Assembly: GCF_001194135.2 (NCBI RefSeq)
Contig: NC_068986.1
Coordinates: forward strand, 7,124,794-7,188,793
Source of the DNA: Octopus bimaculoides
Lineage: Eukaryota
Length of the DNA stretch: 64,000 nucleotides
Direction: 5' to 3'
The notes below the pieces were generated by a model, which ran no database searches, was not told where the DNA came from, and was given only the letters and a program-made list of their open reading frames with translations. Below are positions 24,645 to 38,261 of the stretch, in pieces; positions within the stretch are counted from its first letter, which is position 1, and each line of letters starts with the position of its first letter. A program made the position numbers and the translations under genes.

Positions 24645-26453
24645 TAAGATTGACTCTAAAGCCCTTCAATTCTAGACCTTGTTTCCACACCTGAAACTTC
24701 ATCTCTAGTTCTGGTAGTGACTCAGTTATTAGAGCAAAGTCATCAGCAGAGAGAAGCTCCCAGAGGTAGCCTGTCTTGAATTCCTGTGTTATTGCCTGGA
24801 GGACTATGATGAATCAGATGGAGCTGAGAACTGATCCTTGGTGAATCCCTACTTCTACCTAGAATTCTTCACTATACTCATTGCCAACCCTCACCTTACT
24901 GACAGCATCCCTGTACAGGCATAGATGAGTGGTTGGTATTTTGGATAACAAGACAGTGTGTGAGAGAAAATTGTGATGTCATAGGAGAGAAATGTGTTCG
25001 CATGGATGATGGCACAGTTGTGTTTAATGATTCTGCAAAGAAAGAGGCTTGGAGAGGCCATTATGAAAGACTGCTGAATGTGGAGAATGAATGGGAGGAG
25101 GACAGCCTGCCAAATGTTGACCTAATTGAGGGACCAGCTACCTGAATCGACAGTACCCTGGTAGATAAAGCAATTAAGGATATGAAGACAGGGAAAGCAC
25201 CCCGGCCTATCAGGAATCACCTCAGAGACGCTAAAAATATCTAGTGGTGTGGTTTATGGGCTAGTCACCTGTATTGTAAATCAGGTAGTTCACGAAGGAG
25301 TCATACCCAATGACTGGTGTAGCAGCACCATAGTCAGCTGCTACAAAGGTAAAGGTGATGCTTTAGATAGAAATAACTACAGGGGTATCAAATTGCTAGA
25401 TCAGGTGATGAAAATTACATAGAGGGTCATAGCCCAACTAATTAGGGAGATAGTTAGCCTAGATGAGATGCAGTTTGGTTGATGCTATATTTCTGGTAAG
25501 GCAACTGCAGGAGAAATACCTAACCAAAAATATACCTCTGTACTTGGCTTTTGTTGACTTGGAAAAAACCTTTGACAGGGTCCTCCAAACCCTTATCTGG
25601 TGGTCAATGTGGAAACTAGGGAAAGATGAGTGGTTGATAAATACTTCAGTTCTTTGGTCCTCACGTTGTTGAACATTGGCAAACTTCTTTTCTGTTTCTC
25701 CCTTGGCTATATATACCTGTCTCCTAGCTTCCTGTCTGGCTTTCTGATACAGTTCTCTGCTATCCCTACTCTTCCAGGTTTTCCAGCCCTGTTTCTTTGC
25801 TCTAATAGCTGTGTCTGTAGTATTATTCCACCACCATGTTACCCCAGCCACAGATTTGGTCTGTGGCACTTAGTTTGCTGTCATGCAAGAATTGCCTGTT
25901 GCCCTCTATGTCACAAGTCTGTAGCTGCTCTTCCCTCTCATCAAATTCCTCAATGAGAATGTCCCTAAATCTCTGACCATGTGAAGGGTTCTTAAGCTTC
26001 CAAATTCTTCTCTTCTGGATTGGTCTGCTTCTTGGCATCCTTCTGGCCTCGTGTCTAAAGTCACTAATAACTAGTCTATGCTGGTGAGCTAGCAGAAACG
26101 TTAGCATGCCGGGTGATATTCTTAGCGGTATTTCGTCTGTCTTTACGTTCTGAGTTCAAATTCCACTGGGGTCAACTTTGCATTTCATCCTTTCGGAGTC
26201 GATAAATTAAGTACCAGTTGCATACTGGGGTTGATCCCCAAAACTTTTGGGCCTTGTGCCTATAGAAGAAAAGAATAACTAGTCTGTGTTGTGGGGTACA
26301 TTCTTTACCAGGGAGGGTCTTTGCATTTAAGAGCAGCCATGCATCCTACTGTCTGGTGAGAATGAAATCAATCTGGGTAGCAGAGTCACCTGATTGATAG
26401 GTTATCAGGTGGCTGGCTGGCTTCCTGAAGTTGGTGTTGCAGATTAATGTCTA

Positions 26454-26548
<95 letters not shown>

Positions 26549-26780
26549 GAACTTACTTGGAAATGGATCCATTGCTTAGGCAATGCCAGGATACTGAGAC
26601 CTTTGGAGATATGCTGTGATTGAGAAAACCTAGCAAGTAAAGTGAGATCGCAACCATGGCTGATGCCAGTGTTGCATGTCCGGCCCATTTAAGAGTACCC
26701 TTGATGCATTGGGTGATATGATATGCTTGAGAAGACCTGTTGAGTAAAGCCAAAATTGTAGCTGTGGCCAGTGCCCCATG
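24645..26780 (-). mobile_element. RTE LINE remnant with an internal ~700 bp inversion (24938-25636 reads on +) and inserted SINE/microsatellites
   Basis: The minus segments encode the linker (..QQREDQRTEVF) and RT (..YRDAVSKV..LYADD-like). The plus segment encodes the intervening WITRQCVRENCD...KLGKDEWL. Confidence 0.85.
26085..26278 (+). mobile_element. tRNA-derived SINE family C (gtcaactttgcatttcatcctttcggagtcgataaattaagtaccag core)
   Basis: Highly similar to 31680-31892; B-box-like gagttcaaattcc. The core resembles a recalled Nin/Deu-type SINE domain (inference). Confidence 0.8.
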
Positions 26781-26799
26781 GCATGTAAAATGCATCATC

Positions 26800-27238
26800 T
26801 GAAACTGTTCGATGCTAGTGTATCCTGACTGGCTCCTGTGCTGGTGGCACGTAAAAAGCACCATCTGAACGTAGCTGATGCCAGTAGCCCCTGACTGGCN
26901 NNNNNNNNNCTGGCTCCTGTGCTGGTGGCACGTAAAAAGCACCATCTGAACGTAGCTGATGCCAGTAGCCCCTGACTGGCTCCTGTACTGGTGGCATGTA
27001 AGAAGCACTATCTCAATGTGATCAATGCCAGGCCCGCCTGAGTGGGTTTTGTGCTGGTGGCACATAAAAAGAACCCACTACACTCTCGGAGTGGTTGGCA
27101 CTAGAGTGGGCATCCAGCTGTAGAAACACTGCGAGATCAGATTGGAGCTTGGTGTAGCCACTGGCTCTCCAGACCTCAGTCAAACTGTCCAACCCATGGC
27201 AGTATGGGAAACGGATGTTAAACGATGATGATGATGAT
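26800..27238 (+). mobile_element. RTE 3' UTR copy with tandem hairpin modules
   Basis: Repeated ctggctcctgtgctggtggcacgtaaaaagcacc...gatgccagt units followed by the standard tail. Confidence 0.8.
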
Positions 27239-27251
27239 TAAATAATAAATA

Positions 27252-27310
<59 letters not shown>

Positions 27311-27705
27311 TACTTGGAAGCTTCATGTTCAATTAAATAATAAATAACAAACAAGATGTAATATATATATATAAAAAAAGAGAGATAGAGACAGGCACAA
27401 ACAAGGAAAATGCCCCTTGTATTTGAATACTATGGAAATATTAAAAAAAAAAGTTTTCATTTANNNNNNNNNNNNNNNNNNNNNNNNNNNNNNNNNNNNN
27501 NNNNNNNNNNNNNNNNNNNNNNNNNNNNNNNNNNNNNNNNNNNNNNNNNNNNNNNNNNNNNNNNNNNNNNNNNNNNNNNNNNNNNNNNNNNNNNNNNNNN
27601 NNNNNNNNNNNNNNNNNNNNNNNNNNNNNNNNNNNNNNNNNNNNNNNNNNNNNNNNNNNNNNNNNNNNNNNNNNNNNNNNNNNNNNNNNNNNNNNNNNNN
27701 NNNNN

Positions 27706-27754
<49 letters not shown>

Positions 27755-27764
27755 GCATATATGG

Positions 27765-28990
27765 GTACAGGATGTCACCAGCGATGCAAATAACATGAAA
27801 TACTGTGACTAAATGAGGTTTATTTTTCAACATAGACCTCACTTGTAGTTCACACACTTCTTCTTTTGGTGTTGCAGTACTTGGAGTCCATTGATGAAGA
27901 AGGTTTCGTTGTGTTGATGAAAAAAAGTTATGAACGGCAGATATGATGTCATCATCAGTGTGGTACTGGTTTCCAGCCCTGTGTTTTCCATGTTAGCAAA
28001 CAGATGATAAGTGAGACGAGGTCAAATCAGAAGAATAGGGATAGTGATCAACTAGTTCAAAGCCATAGCCATGCATAGTAACCATTGAAAGCGAGGACAT
28101 GTGTGCAGGACTGTTTGTCCTGATGAAAAAGAGCCCTTTCGTTAGTTTTGTTGGGCCTCAGTATGTTTGCATAGTACACTCCATTGATAATGTGGCCATT
28201 TTGAAGATAGTCAATAAACTATTTGCCTGCCAAATAATTAAGGCCGTCACCTTCCCTACTGATAAAATGACCTTGGTCTTCTTTCAAGCAGGTGAGGAGG
28301 ACTGTTTCCATTGCACGGATCGTCTCTGGTTTAAAGTGATGAACTTAACACTCATGGATTAGAATATGTTCAAGAAGACTGGCTGGATCTACCTCAAACA
28401 ATGTCAGATTTTTCTGTCGTGTGATCGACCTAGAGTGCTTTTTATCAAGTGTCAGAAGATTTTGCACCCATCAAGCACGAACCTTCATCATGCCAACTCT
28501 CTTATGGGATATGCTAATGACATTGGCTATTTGATTTATAGTCAGTTGTCTGTTATTTATCAACATGTGGTGAACATGATCAATGTTTTCCTTAGTGGTG
28601 GCAGTTGTGGGATGTCCAGACATTGGGTCATCTTCAAGACTTCCCCTTCTCCTCCTAAATTCACCTGCCCACTTTTGCACTGTTGATAATGCTGGAGTGT
28701 CATCCTGTAATGTAGCAACCATGTCAGCATGAACGTCCTTGGGAGCTGAACCCTTTTTTTTCTGAAAATTTGTGACAACACCAAGATGCCAAATTTTATT
28801 TATTTTCGAGAGAAGTTGCTACCAGTTACTTTCGAAGTCTTTATCGAACAGTCAGATGTCAGTTTACTTGAAAGGAACCAATGCAGTTATAAATAATGAG
28901 CTGAAATGAATGCATGCAAAATTTCTAGCGTCACTCCTTCATAGTCATCTTCTGTTTCAACTTACCCTTGTGCTTATTGGTTGAGCGGAT
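27765..28990 (-). mobile_element. Mariner-family transposon, decayed
   Basis: Minus-strand STVQKWAGEFRRRRGSLEDDPMSGHPTT and GFELVDHYPYSSDLTSS (YSPDLAPSD-like motif). Confidence 0.88.
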
Positions 28991-29112
28991 TCATTTTTTG
29001 AAATTGTTTATTTAAGGGAACCAAATTAGTTTCATAACGTGCTCATGATGGTGGTTGTTTTAATGTTTAAAAATATTTTAAAAGATGTACAAAAAATTAC
29101 TATTTACATACC

Positions 29113-29245
29113 TCATTTATAAATTAATTCAATTCTTTGATCTTTCAGGGAAAATATATTTGTTGCATTGTTGTAGAAATCTTCTGTTTTAATCAGTTGT
29201 TGAAGGGAATCTTTTTCAGTTGACATAAGATTGACATAAACTCAA
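29113..29245 (-). mobile_element. Possible hAT transposase C-terminal remnant
   Basis: Minus-strand YVNLMSTEKDSLQQLIKTEDFYNNATNIFSLKDQRIELIYK* resembles recalled hAT (ZMYM1-like) C-termini (..LSIEK..L...DF...VID.FA.K.RR). Confidence 0.4.
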
Positions 29246-29921
29246 AAGATTTTATAAAAGAAATATGTGCATATGTGTGTGTTTGTGTGTGCCTGTGAAC
29301 TGAAAGTCAATTTGAATAAAATAGAAAATAATCTTAATAAATCAATGAAGCAATGAAAGATCCTGATCAAAAGGGAGAAATCTCAAATTAGGACATCCGG
29401 GTAAAAAAGCATCCAGCAATGTAACAATGATCATTAAGTATCAAAGACAAAATCAATAATTTTGTTCAGTTGGCAGAAATTTGGTCCTGACTTGCAAAAC
29501 TGATCTGACTAACAAATAATTTTGAAAGGGCTTTTATTTTTAGACAGAGCTCAAATGGTCAAATCCATTCAACCATGTGGTCAATTTTTAGTGACCTCAA
29601 TCACAAAGAACTGACAGAAGTATTGACAGATAGAGGGAAGAGACTACAGACAAGAACCATCATGCATTTTTAACTTTGCAAGATTTTGAAGCTATTTTTA
29701 ATGGGTTGGGAAATGAGGTCAGGTAGAGCTGTCTTCAATAAGCCAAGTAATACTATGTTTATATTGCATCTGACATCTTCCAAATAAATTAACTAAATTA
29801 GTTTCATTTTCAATGATTTTGAAGACTTTTTAAATTATATTACTAAATTTATTTTTGATTTATATAAAAATATAAATGGCCTTGCAATGCATGACTTGCA
29901 TAACTGGAGTGCATACCATAT

Positions 29922-30150
29922 ATCATCATCATCGTTTGATGTCCGCTTTCCATGCTGGCATGGGTTGGACGATTTGACTGAGGACTGGCAAGCCAGAAGG
30001 CTGCACCAGGCTCCAATCTGATCTGGCAGAGTTTCTACAGCTAGATGCCCTTCCTTACGCCAACCACTCCGAGAGTGTAGTGGGTGCTTTTACGTGCCAC
30101 TGGCACGAGGGCCAGTCACACGGTACTGGCAACGGCCACGCTCAAAAGGG
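29922..30150 (-). mobile_element. RTE 3' tail copy, little decayed
   Basis: Near-consensus tail with CpGs retained. Confidence 0.85.
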
Positions 30151-30177
30151 TGGCAACACTATATATANNNNNNNNNN

Positions 30178-30219
<42 letters not shown>

Positions 30220-31679
30220 CAGTCCACTGTGTTCAAGGAGACCCATCTCTCTCAATGAAAGTGAGATCCTAAAAGCATTATGTTTATGCTCTTACTGGGC
30301 CCTCCTTGCCCTTACGTCCAATCTATCCTCACCAAACCTTCCTAACACCCATCCCTTCATTACTCTCCTGTGACACTATTCAGCTGTGACAAACATATTA
30401 GAGCTGAATATTCCCATATTTCTCTTCGTTACCTGCTTCCTCCTGGAACCACTTCCTCTTAGAACCCATCTTTCATTCTCAGTACCATCCTTTCCAATTT
30501 TATTTTCCTTCCCTGATTCTCTTTTGTACCTTCAGTTATCTGGCTCTCTCCTCTGAGATGCGTCTCAGGATGCCATTATCTTATTCTTAGCACTTTCTAT
30601 GTGTGATCATTCTCATGCCATTAAGGAAAGAGGACAGATTTATTTTCTGGAGCTAAGAGGACAACTGTAGACACATTTCTGCCTTGATAGGTGTCATCTA
30701 CCTGACATTTGTCCAACCTTATCTCCAGAGGTCAAGCACCCAAGGGACCAAGAGTTGAACACATTTATGGCCTAGGTAAATTGTGTAGTTTAAACAAAAA
30801 TGAGCTAAGTGAAATAACTCAAAGTGGCTAGTAGTCTGTATTTGATATACAAATACAGGTATGTCAAATACTATACAACATAAATTCTTTCAGTTGTATC
30901 TATTACATTTAATCAAAACTTCAATCAAAAACACATCTAATATCATTTATATATTGTGTAAATCCTAAAACATATGTTAGCTCTAACATCCTACAGATAG
31001 ATTCTGAATGTTCTTTTTTATTTCAGATGCGCTCTAAAAGTGATTATGGTTATACTCTGATGGCGGCAAGTACAATTGTTTTATTCAGGCACTAAAGGAT
31101 GCTAGTTTTGTGTCACATTAAAAAAAAAAATTGATAATTCATATTTTTCGTTTGGAAATCCTATTTAGGCACTTTTCTATGGATCCCATTGCTTCACACT
31201 GATATTTTCTTTTGACATTTCCATTACGCACTTAATTTGTATTGCTTTGGAAGCATTTCTACATTTAATCATGCCAGGTGCATGTTTGTTTGTTTGTATG
31301 GATGTGTGTGTGTGTGTTCATATATAACTGTATCTACAAACAACCAGTCACACACAGTGTATACTTTCTTACTCCTTATCCAGAGTGTATGGCCAACAAG
31401 TAGAGGGATTCCATGGTAAAGGAAAACTCATTCTTAGGTTTTAAGGATAAGTTGAATCAATCACTAAAATCTCTACAGCTTAATGTAACATTTTGAGAAA
31501 GTTATTCCTTAGATTGGTCTGCATGACATAAAATGTGTCATGATGCATCAAGACAATTTGAGTTGAAGAAACAGAACAATAAAAGAATTATATCCTGCAA
31601 CCAAGTGACACATTTGTCAAATCCTGGTCAAAATCAAAATTATCAGTGTCCTCATAGGGATTCAAATTACATTCGCAAG

Positions 31680-31892
31680 CAGCAAGCTGGCAGAAACGTT
31701 AGCTCGCCGGGTGAATGCTTGGCGGTTTTTCGTCTGTCTTTATGTTCTGAGTTCAAATTCTGCTGAGGTCGACTTTGCCTTTCATCCTTTCAGGGGTCGA
31801 TAAATTTAAGTACAAGTTGCATACTGAGATTGATCTAATTGACTGGTCCCCTCCCACCAAATTTCGGGCCTTGTGCCTAGAGTAGAAAAAAA
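31680..31892 (+). mobile_element. tRNA-derived SINE family C
   Basis: gctggcagaaacgttagc...gagttcaaattc...gtcgactttgcctttcatcctttcaggggtcgataaatttaagtac...ccttgtgcctagagtagaaaa; matches 26085-26278. Confidence 0.85.
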
Positions 31893-31904
31893 TTACATTC
31901 ACAT

Positions 31905-34900
31905 AACCATCACATGTAGGTGTGACTTCTTTAATGGGTTGGGATTTTGACACGGGGACTGTAATTGGAAGGCATGGGGTGGGAAAGTGTAATAGTAATC
32001 ACATGCTTCTGCTGCAGATGTGCAAGGAGCTGCGTCTGTGTGTTACCAATACCATGTTTCAACAAAAGAATAAGTTTAAGAGCACATGGATGTACCCTGC
32101 ATCTTAAGAATGGCATATTCTGGATTACATCCTTATTAGGGTGCATGACATATGAGATGTGCAGTGTGTTCGTGGGGCCAAGTGTTGGACTGACCACCTC
32201 CTGGTACATGCAAAAGTGAAATTAATCACAAAACGTAAAATCCGGGCTGCAGGGATTACCCTACCTAAACGACTGAATGTTGCTCGTCTTAGGTGTAATA
32301 GTGTGAAGAAAACTTTACGAGGGGAAATGAATGTTGCAGATATTGGGGAGGATTGGCCGACCCTTAAAAAGTCAGTTTATGATATATTCAGGAAAGTTCT
32401 GGGAGTGATATAAAGAAAGCATCAAAATTGGTTTAAAGAAAATGATGAATATATAGATGATTTATTGGCTGATAAAAGACGTACTTTGTCATGCTATTTG
32501 TCAGCAAAGCCACAGGAAAGGGAAGTGTTGTATAGGGAACTCAAGGATATGAAATTACATGTGAGGTGGAGGCTCTCTCAGATGAGGGATACGTGGTGGA
32601 GTAAGAAGGCTGATGAGATACAGGCAACGTCGGATTCCAGTAACACAAAACTGTTGTATGGTCTCTTGTGAGCAGTTTATGGACCGACTTCTTCAATGAT
32701 GACAACACTTCGAAGCAGGGATGGTAAAGAACTTCTTCGTGATTCACAAGGAATTCTGCGAAGGTGGCGAGAACAATTTGATGAACTTTTGAATCAGCAG
32801 TCTGTAGTTAGTGAGGATGTTCTCAATCTCATCCCTGAATAACCTGTGAGTGCAGCTCTTGTGTAACCACCAATGTTAGAAGAAGTTGCAGTGGCTGACT
32901 CAAGGATGAATGATGGGAGGTCTCCGGGTATGAATGGCATACATGCGGAGTTGTTACAGCATGGCAGTAAGAAGCATTTGCAGCAACTTCACTCCTTGTT
33001 TGGCAGGATATGGGCTAGTGAATCTGTACCTGAGGACTGGAGAGATACAGTAATGGTGGTCTTATATAAGGGAAAGGGCAACAGGAATGATTGTGGTAAC
33101 TATAGGGGAATATCATTGCTTTCTGTCGTAGGAAAGGTTCTATGCAGGGTACTTCTGAATCGCCTGCTGAAAACACGTTGCAGATTGTGTTCTTCCAAAA
33201 AGTCAACCTGGCTTTCGTGTGGGATGTGGCACTGCTGATGTGATCTTCTCAGCTAGACAGCTTCAGGAGAAGTGTGTGGAACAGGGTCTGGATTTATATC
33301 AGGTTTTTGTCGATCTGACAAAGGCCTTTGTTACAGTTAATTGAAATGCACTGTGGAAAGTCCTCCAGAAACTTGGTTGTCCTGAAAAGTTCCTTGCTTT
33401 GGTTAGGTCTTTTCATGAAGGATAGAATTAATGTTAGAGGTAAAATGTTGGAGCTCATCTCAATACAAAATGGAGTGAAATGGGGGGATGTTCAGGCACC
33501 GACCCTATTGCCATATATTTCGTGATGGTTTTCTGTATTGCGTTCAGAAATTGCAGATATGGTGTTTACATCCATTATCGAACCTCTGGCAGCATATTTA
33601 ATAACAGGCGCTTTGCTGCAAAAACAAAGGTATTTACCTCTATCAGAGACCTTTTGTATGCAGATGATTGTGATCTAGTAGTGCACACAGAGATTGATAT
33701 GCAACACATTTTGAATGCATTCTCTGATGCTTGCACTACCTTAGGATTGACAGTCAGTCTAAAAAAAGCTGTCATGTACCAACCTGCCCCTGTCATGCAC
33801 CAACCTGCCCCTGTCATGTACCAACCTGCCCCTGTCATGTACCAACCTGCCCCTGTCATGTACCGACCTGCCCCTGTCATGTACCGACCTGCCCTTGTCA
33901 TGTACCAACTTGCCCCTGTCATGTACCAACCTGCCCCTGTCATGTACCAACCTGCCCTTGTCATGTACCAACCTGCCCCTGGTAAGCAGTATAGTGAACC
34001 AAATATCTGNNNNNNNNNNNNNNNNNNNNNNNNNNNNNNNNNNNNNNNNNNNNNNNNNNNNNNNNNNNNNNNNNNNNNNNNNNNNNNNNNNNNNNNNNNN
34101 NNNNNNNNNNNNNNNNNNNNNNNNNNNNNNNNNNNNNNNNNNNNNNNNNNNNNNNNNNNNNNNNNNNNNNNNNNNNNNNNNNNNNNNNNNNNNNNNNNNN
34201 NNNNNNNNNNNNNNNNNNNNNNNNNNNNNNNNNNNNNNNNNNNNNNNNNNNNNNNNNNNNNNNNNNNNNNNNNNNNNNNNNNNNNNNNNNNNNNNNNNNN
34301 NNNNNNNNNNNNNNNNNNNNNNNNNNNNNNNNNNNNNNNNNNNNNNNNNNNNNNNNNNNNNNNNNNNNNNNNNNNNNNNNNNNNNNNNNNNNNNNNNNNN
34401 NNNNNNNNNNNNNNNNNNNNNNNNNNNNNNNNNNNNNNNNNNNNNNNNNNNNNNNNNNNNNNNNNNNNNNNNNNNNNNNNNNNNNNNNNNNNNNNNNNNN
34501 NNNNNNNNNNNNNNNNNNNNNNNNNNNNNNNNNNNNNNNNNNNNNNNNNNNNNNNNNNNNNNNNNNNNNNNNNNNNNNNNNNNNNNNNNNNNNNNNNNNN
34601 NNNNNNNNNNNNNNNNNNNNNNNNNNNNNNNNNNNNNNNNNNNNNNNNNNNNNNNNNNNNNNNNNNNNNNNNNNNNNNNNNNNNNNNNNNNNNNNNNNNN
34701 NCACCAACCTGCCCCTGTCATGTACCAACCTGCCCCTGTCATGTACCAACCTGCCCTTGTCATGTACCAACCTGCCCCTGGTAAGCAGTATAGTGAACCA
34801 AATATCTGTGTATGTTAAACGACTTGGTGTAGTTGATCAGTTTGTCTACCTGGGAAGCACAGTTAATAGATATAGCAATTTGGTTAATGAAATTCCATAC

Positions 34901-35480
34901 AGAATTAGGAAAGCAAGTGATGCTTTCGGAAGGCTAGAAATATGCCTCTGGAGTTGGCAAGATATATGCAGGAAGACAAAGATAAAGGTGTACAAGGCAT
35001 GTGTGCTCTCTTCTCTTCTTTATGCCTGCAAGACCTGGGTCACATATCGATAACACCTTAAACAACTGGAACATTTCCATCAGATGTGTCTCAGACGGAT
35101 CTATGGCATTAAATGGGAGGACCGCATCAGTGATCTTGAGATATTGGAAAGCTCTTGGTATGAAAGTATAGAAGCTCTTGTGTTGAGGCAAAGGCTCAGA
35201 TGGAGTGGTCATCTGGTCAGGATGAAGGATTCAAGGATGCCAAAAGAACTCTTTTATGGAGAGTTAGCTAAAGGAGAACGACCTCCACATAAACCAAAAA
35301 AGAGGTATAAGGACTTGCTGAAGGTTTCCTTAAGAGATGCTTGCATCTCTCCTGACTCATGGGAGGGCATAGCTTTTGACCATAGCAGGTGGAGAAGGAT
35401 TGTGCATGAAGGGACAGCTACTTTTGAGAAATCTTGAGTTGCGCATGAGAAAGTAAGGAGGGATGTCAGGAAGGGCATTG
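31905..35480 (+). mobile_element. BovB-like RTE LINE, long decayed copy (APE C-terminus, RT, C-terminal region), spanning a gap
   Basis: [78 protein letters not shown]; numerous stops and frameshifts. Confidence 0.93.
33769..33978 (+). repeat. 21-bp minisatellite (ctgtcatgtaccaacctgccc)x10, in frame inside the RTE ORF, encoding (VMYQPAP)n
   Basis: Ten units counted left of the gap; further units at 34702-34778. Confidence 0.95.
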
Positions 35481-35482
35481 CT

Positions 35483-36190
<708 letters not shown>

Positions 36191-36544
36191 GATTCAGTGA
36201 ATATGGTACTTAAGTTTAGGCACCAGAATTAAGTATGGTATTATCCATACAATTTCAAAATAAGGTGATTTTAATGCAAACAAGCAACAAGGGTATCCAA
36301 AGTTAATGCAGTACAATTGTTTCATGCAACTCCATTTATTTAAGCAATGTGAACATTACATAAAATGTAAAATGCAGAGCAATCTTCAGCTGTGCAAAGA
36401 TATAGAAATTTACTGAAATTACATTTCAACAGGAGGACATATTTTTGTAACTACATTTAAACTCTCCAAGTAGAATGGAAGAATACAAAAAAACATTTTG
36501 ACTTAGCCAGACCATACAGGCTAGTATTGATTAAAATTAATTAC

Positions 36545-38140
36545 TAGTAATTAAGAAAGTAATTTCATTTTTTTAATGACTTTTGTCAATGTTATAATTT
36601 TTTTCCTTTTGACATTTGATACCCATTGCTTTTAGCTTACTTTAGAAGCAAATTGCATGTAATTTGTTTACAGCTGTTAGTTCAGTGTCAATTTTAACAT
36701 GGAGTGCAAAAACGAATATTTTTGCCACATTTTACTTTTTTTATTTCCATGAAGGCAAGAAAGCTGCTAAGGCTCACAAAGAAATATGTGAAGTTTATGG
36801 TGTTGATTGCTTAACAGAACGCACATGTCAGGAATAGTTTTAAAAATTCCGTTCTGGAGATTTTTCCTCTGAAAGATGACCAACATTCTCGTCGAACTAC
36901 TGAAGTTGATGATGACTGAATCAAAGCCATACTTGAATCTGATTGTCATATAATGGTGCAAGAGATTGCAGAGAGGTTGATTGTATCACACACAACAATT
37001 GAAAATCATTTAAAATGTCTTGGACTCGTTAAAATCAATATTTGGGCTCCATGTAAATTGAAAGAGATTCATTTAACACAACGAATCAATATTTGCGATA
37101 TGCATCTCAAACACAGTGAAATCAACCGTTTTTTGAAATAAATCCTCTCTGTAAAATGGATTGTCTACAATAACCTCAATCAAAAACGAGCATGATACAA
37201 ATATAATGAACAGGCACAAACCACATTGAGAGCTGAACTGCATCAAAAAAAAGCTCATGCTGTCAATTTGGTGGAATTCAAAGGTGTTGTGTATTTTGAG
37301 TTGCTTCCAAGGAACCAAATAATCAATTCAGATGTTTACTGTCAACAACTAATGAAACTGGAGGAAGTAATCAAAGAAAAATGACCAGAATTGGTAAATT
37401 GTAAAGGAATCATGTTCTACCTTAACCCTAACACTAGACCACACATGTCATTGCTAACTAATGAAAAATTATTGGAGCTTGGTTGGAAAGTGATGTTACA
37501 TCCACCATATAACCCTGACCTAGCACCATCAGATTACCATTCATTTCGAAGTTTGAAAAATTCTTTGAATGGTAAAACTTTCAATAATGATGACGACCTG
37601 AAATTGTGCTTGCTTCAGTTTTTGGCTGATAGGCACACGAGTGACTGTGTGGTAAGTAGCTTGCTTACCAGCCACATGGTTCCGGGTTCAGTCCCACTGT
37701 GTGGCACCTGGGGCAAGTATCTTCTACTATAGCCTCGAGCCGACCAAAGCCTTGTGAGTGGATCTGGTAGACAGAAACTGAAAGAAGCCTGTTGTATATA
37801 TATGTATATGTATTTATGTGTGTGGGTTTGTGTATCTGTGTTTGTCCCCCACAACATCACTTGACAACTGATGCTGTTGTGTTTATGTCCCCGTAACTTA
37901 GCAGTTCGGCGAAAGAGACTGATAGAATAAGTACTAGGTTTACAAAGAATAAATCCTGGGGTTGATTTCCTTGACTAAAGGCGGTGCTCCAGCATGGCCG
38001 CAGTCAAATGACTGAAACAAGTAAAAGAGTAAAAGAGAGTATAAGGACCAGAAGTGCAGAATCATGAAGTTGCTAAAAAGATGGCAAAAGGTCATCGAAT
38101 AAAATGGAAAATATATAATTGATTAAAGTTTATTCTTTGT
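36545..38140 (+). mobile_element. Mariner (Mos1-like, DD34D-type) transposon, decayed, interrupted by a SINE
   Basis: KAAKAHKEICEVYGVDCLTERTCQ, LELGWKVMLHPPYNPDLAPSDYHSFRSL; resumes after the SINE with ..MKL.KRWQKVIE.NGKYIID*. Confidence 0.92.
37632..38038 (+). mobile_element. Full-length family-A tRNA SINE with CR1-like 3' tail, inserted in the mariner
   Basis: tRNA-like head, (TA/TG) middle, then ggcggtgctccagcatggccgcagtcaaatgactgaaacaagtaaaagag tail. Confidence 0.88.
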
Positions 38141-38229
38141 ATATATATGTACATGTATATATATATATATGTGTATATATATGTGTGTGTGTGTGTGTAT
38201 ATATATATGTGCATGTATATAAATATGTA

Positions 38230-38261
<32 letters not shown>

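Noticed and set aside
31027-31069. AG-flanked ATG stretch (MRSKSDYGYTLMAA) as a cassette exon in intron 5
   Set aside because: Available donors give 22 or 43 nt, which are not frame-preserving, and there is no WDR37 similarity.
33480-34818. Longest ORFs of the track (434, 334 and 307 aa)
   Set aside because: Mostly N gap plus the 21-bp minisatellite within a dead RTE; not genes.
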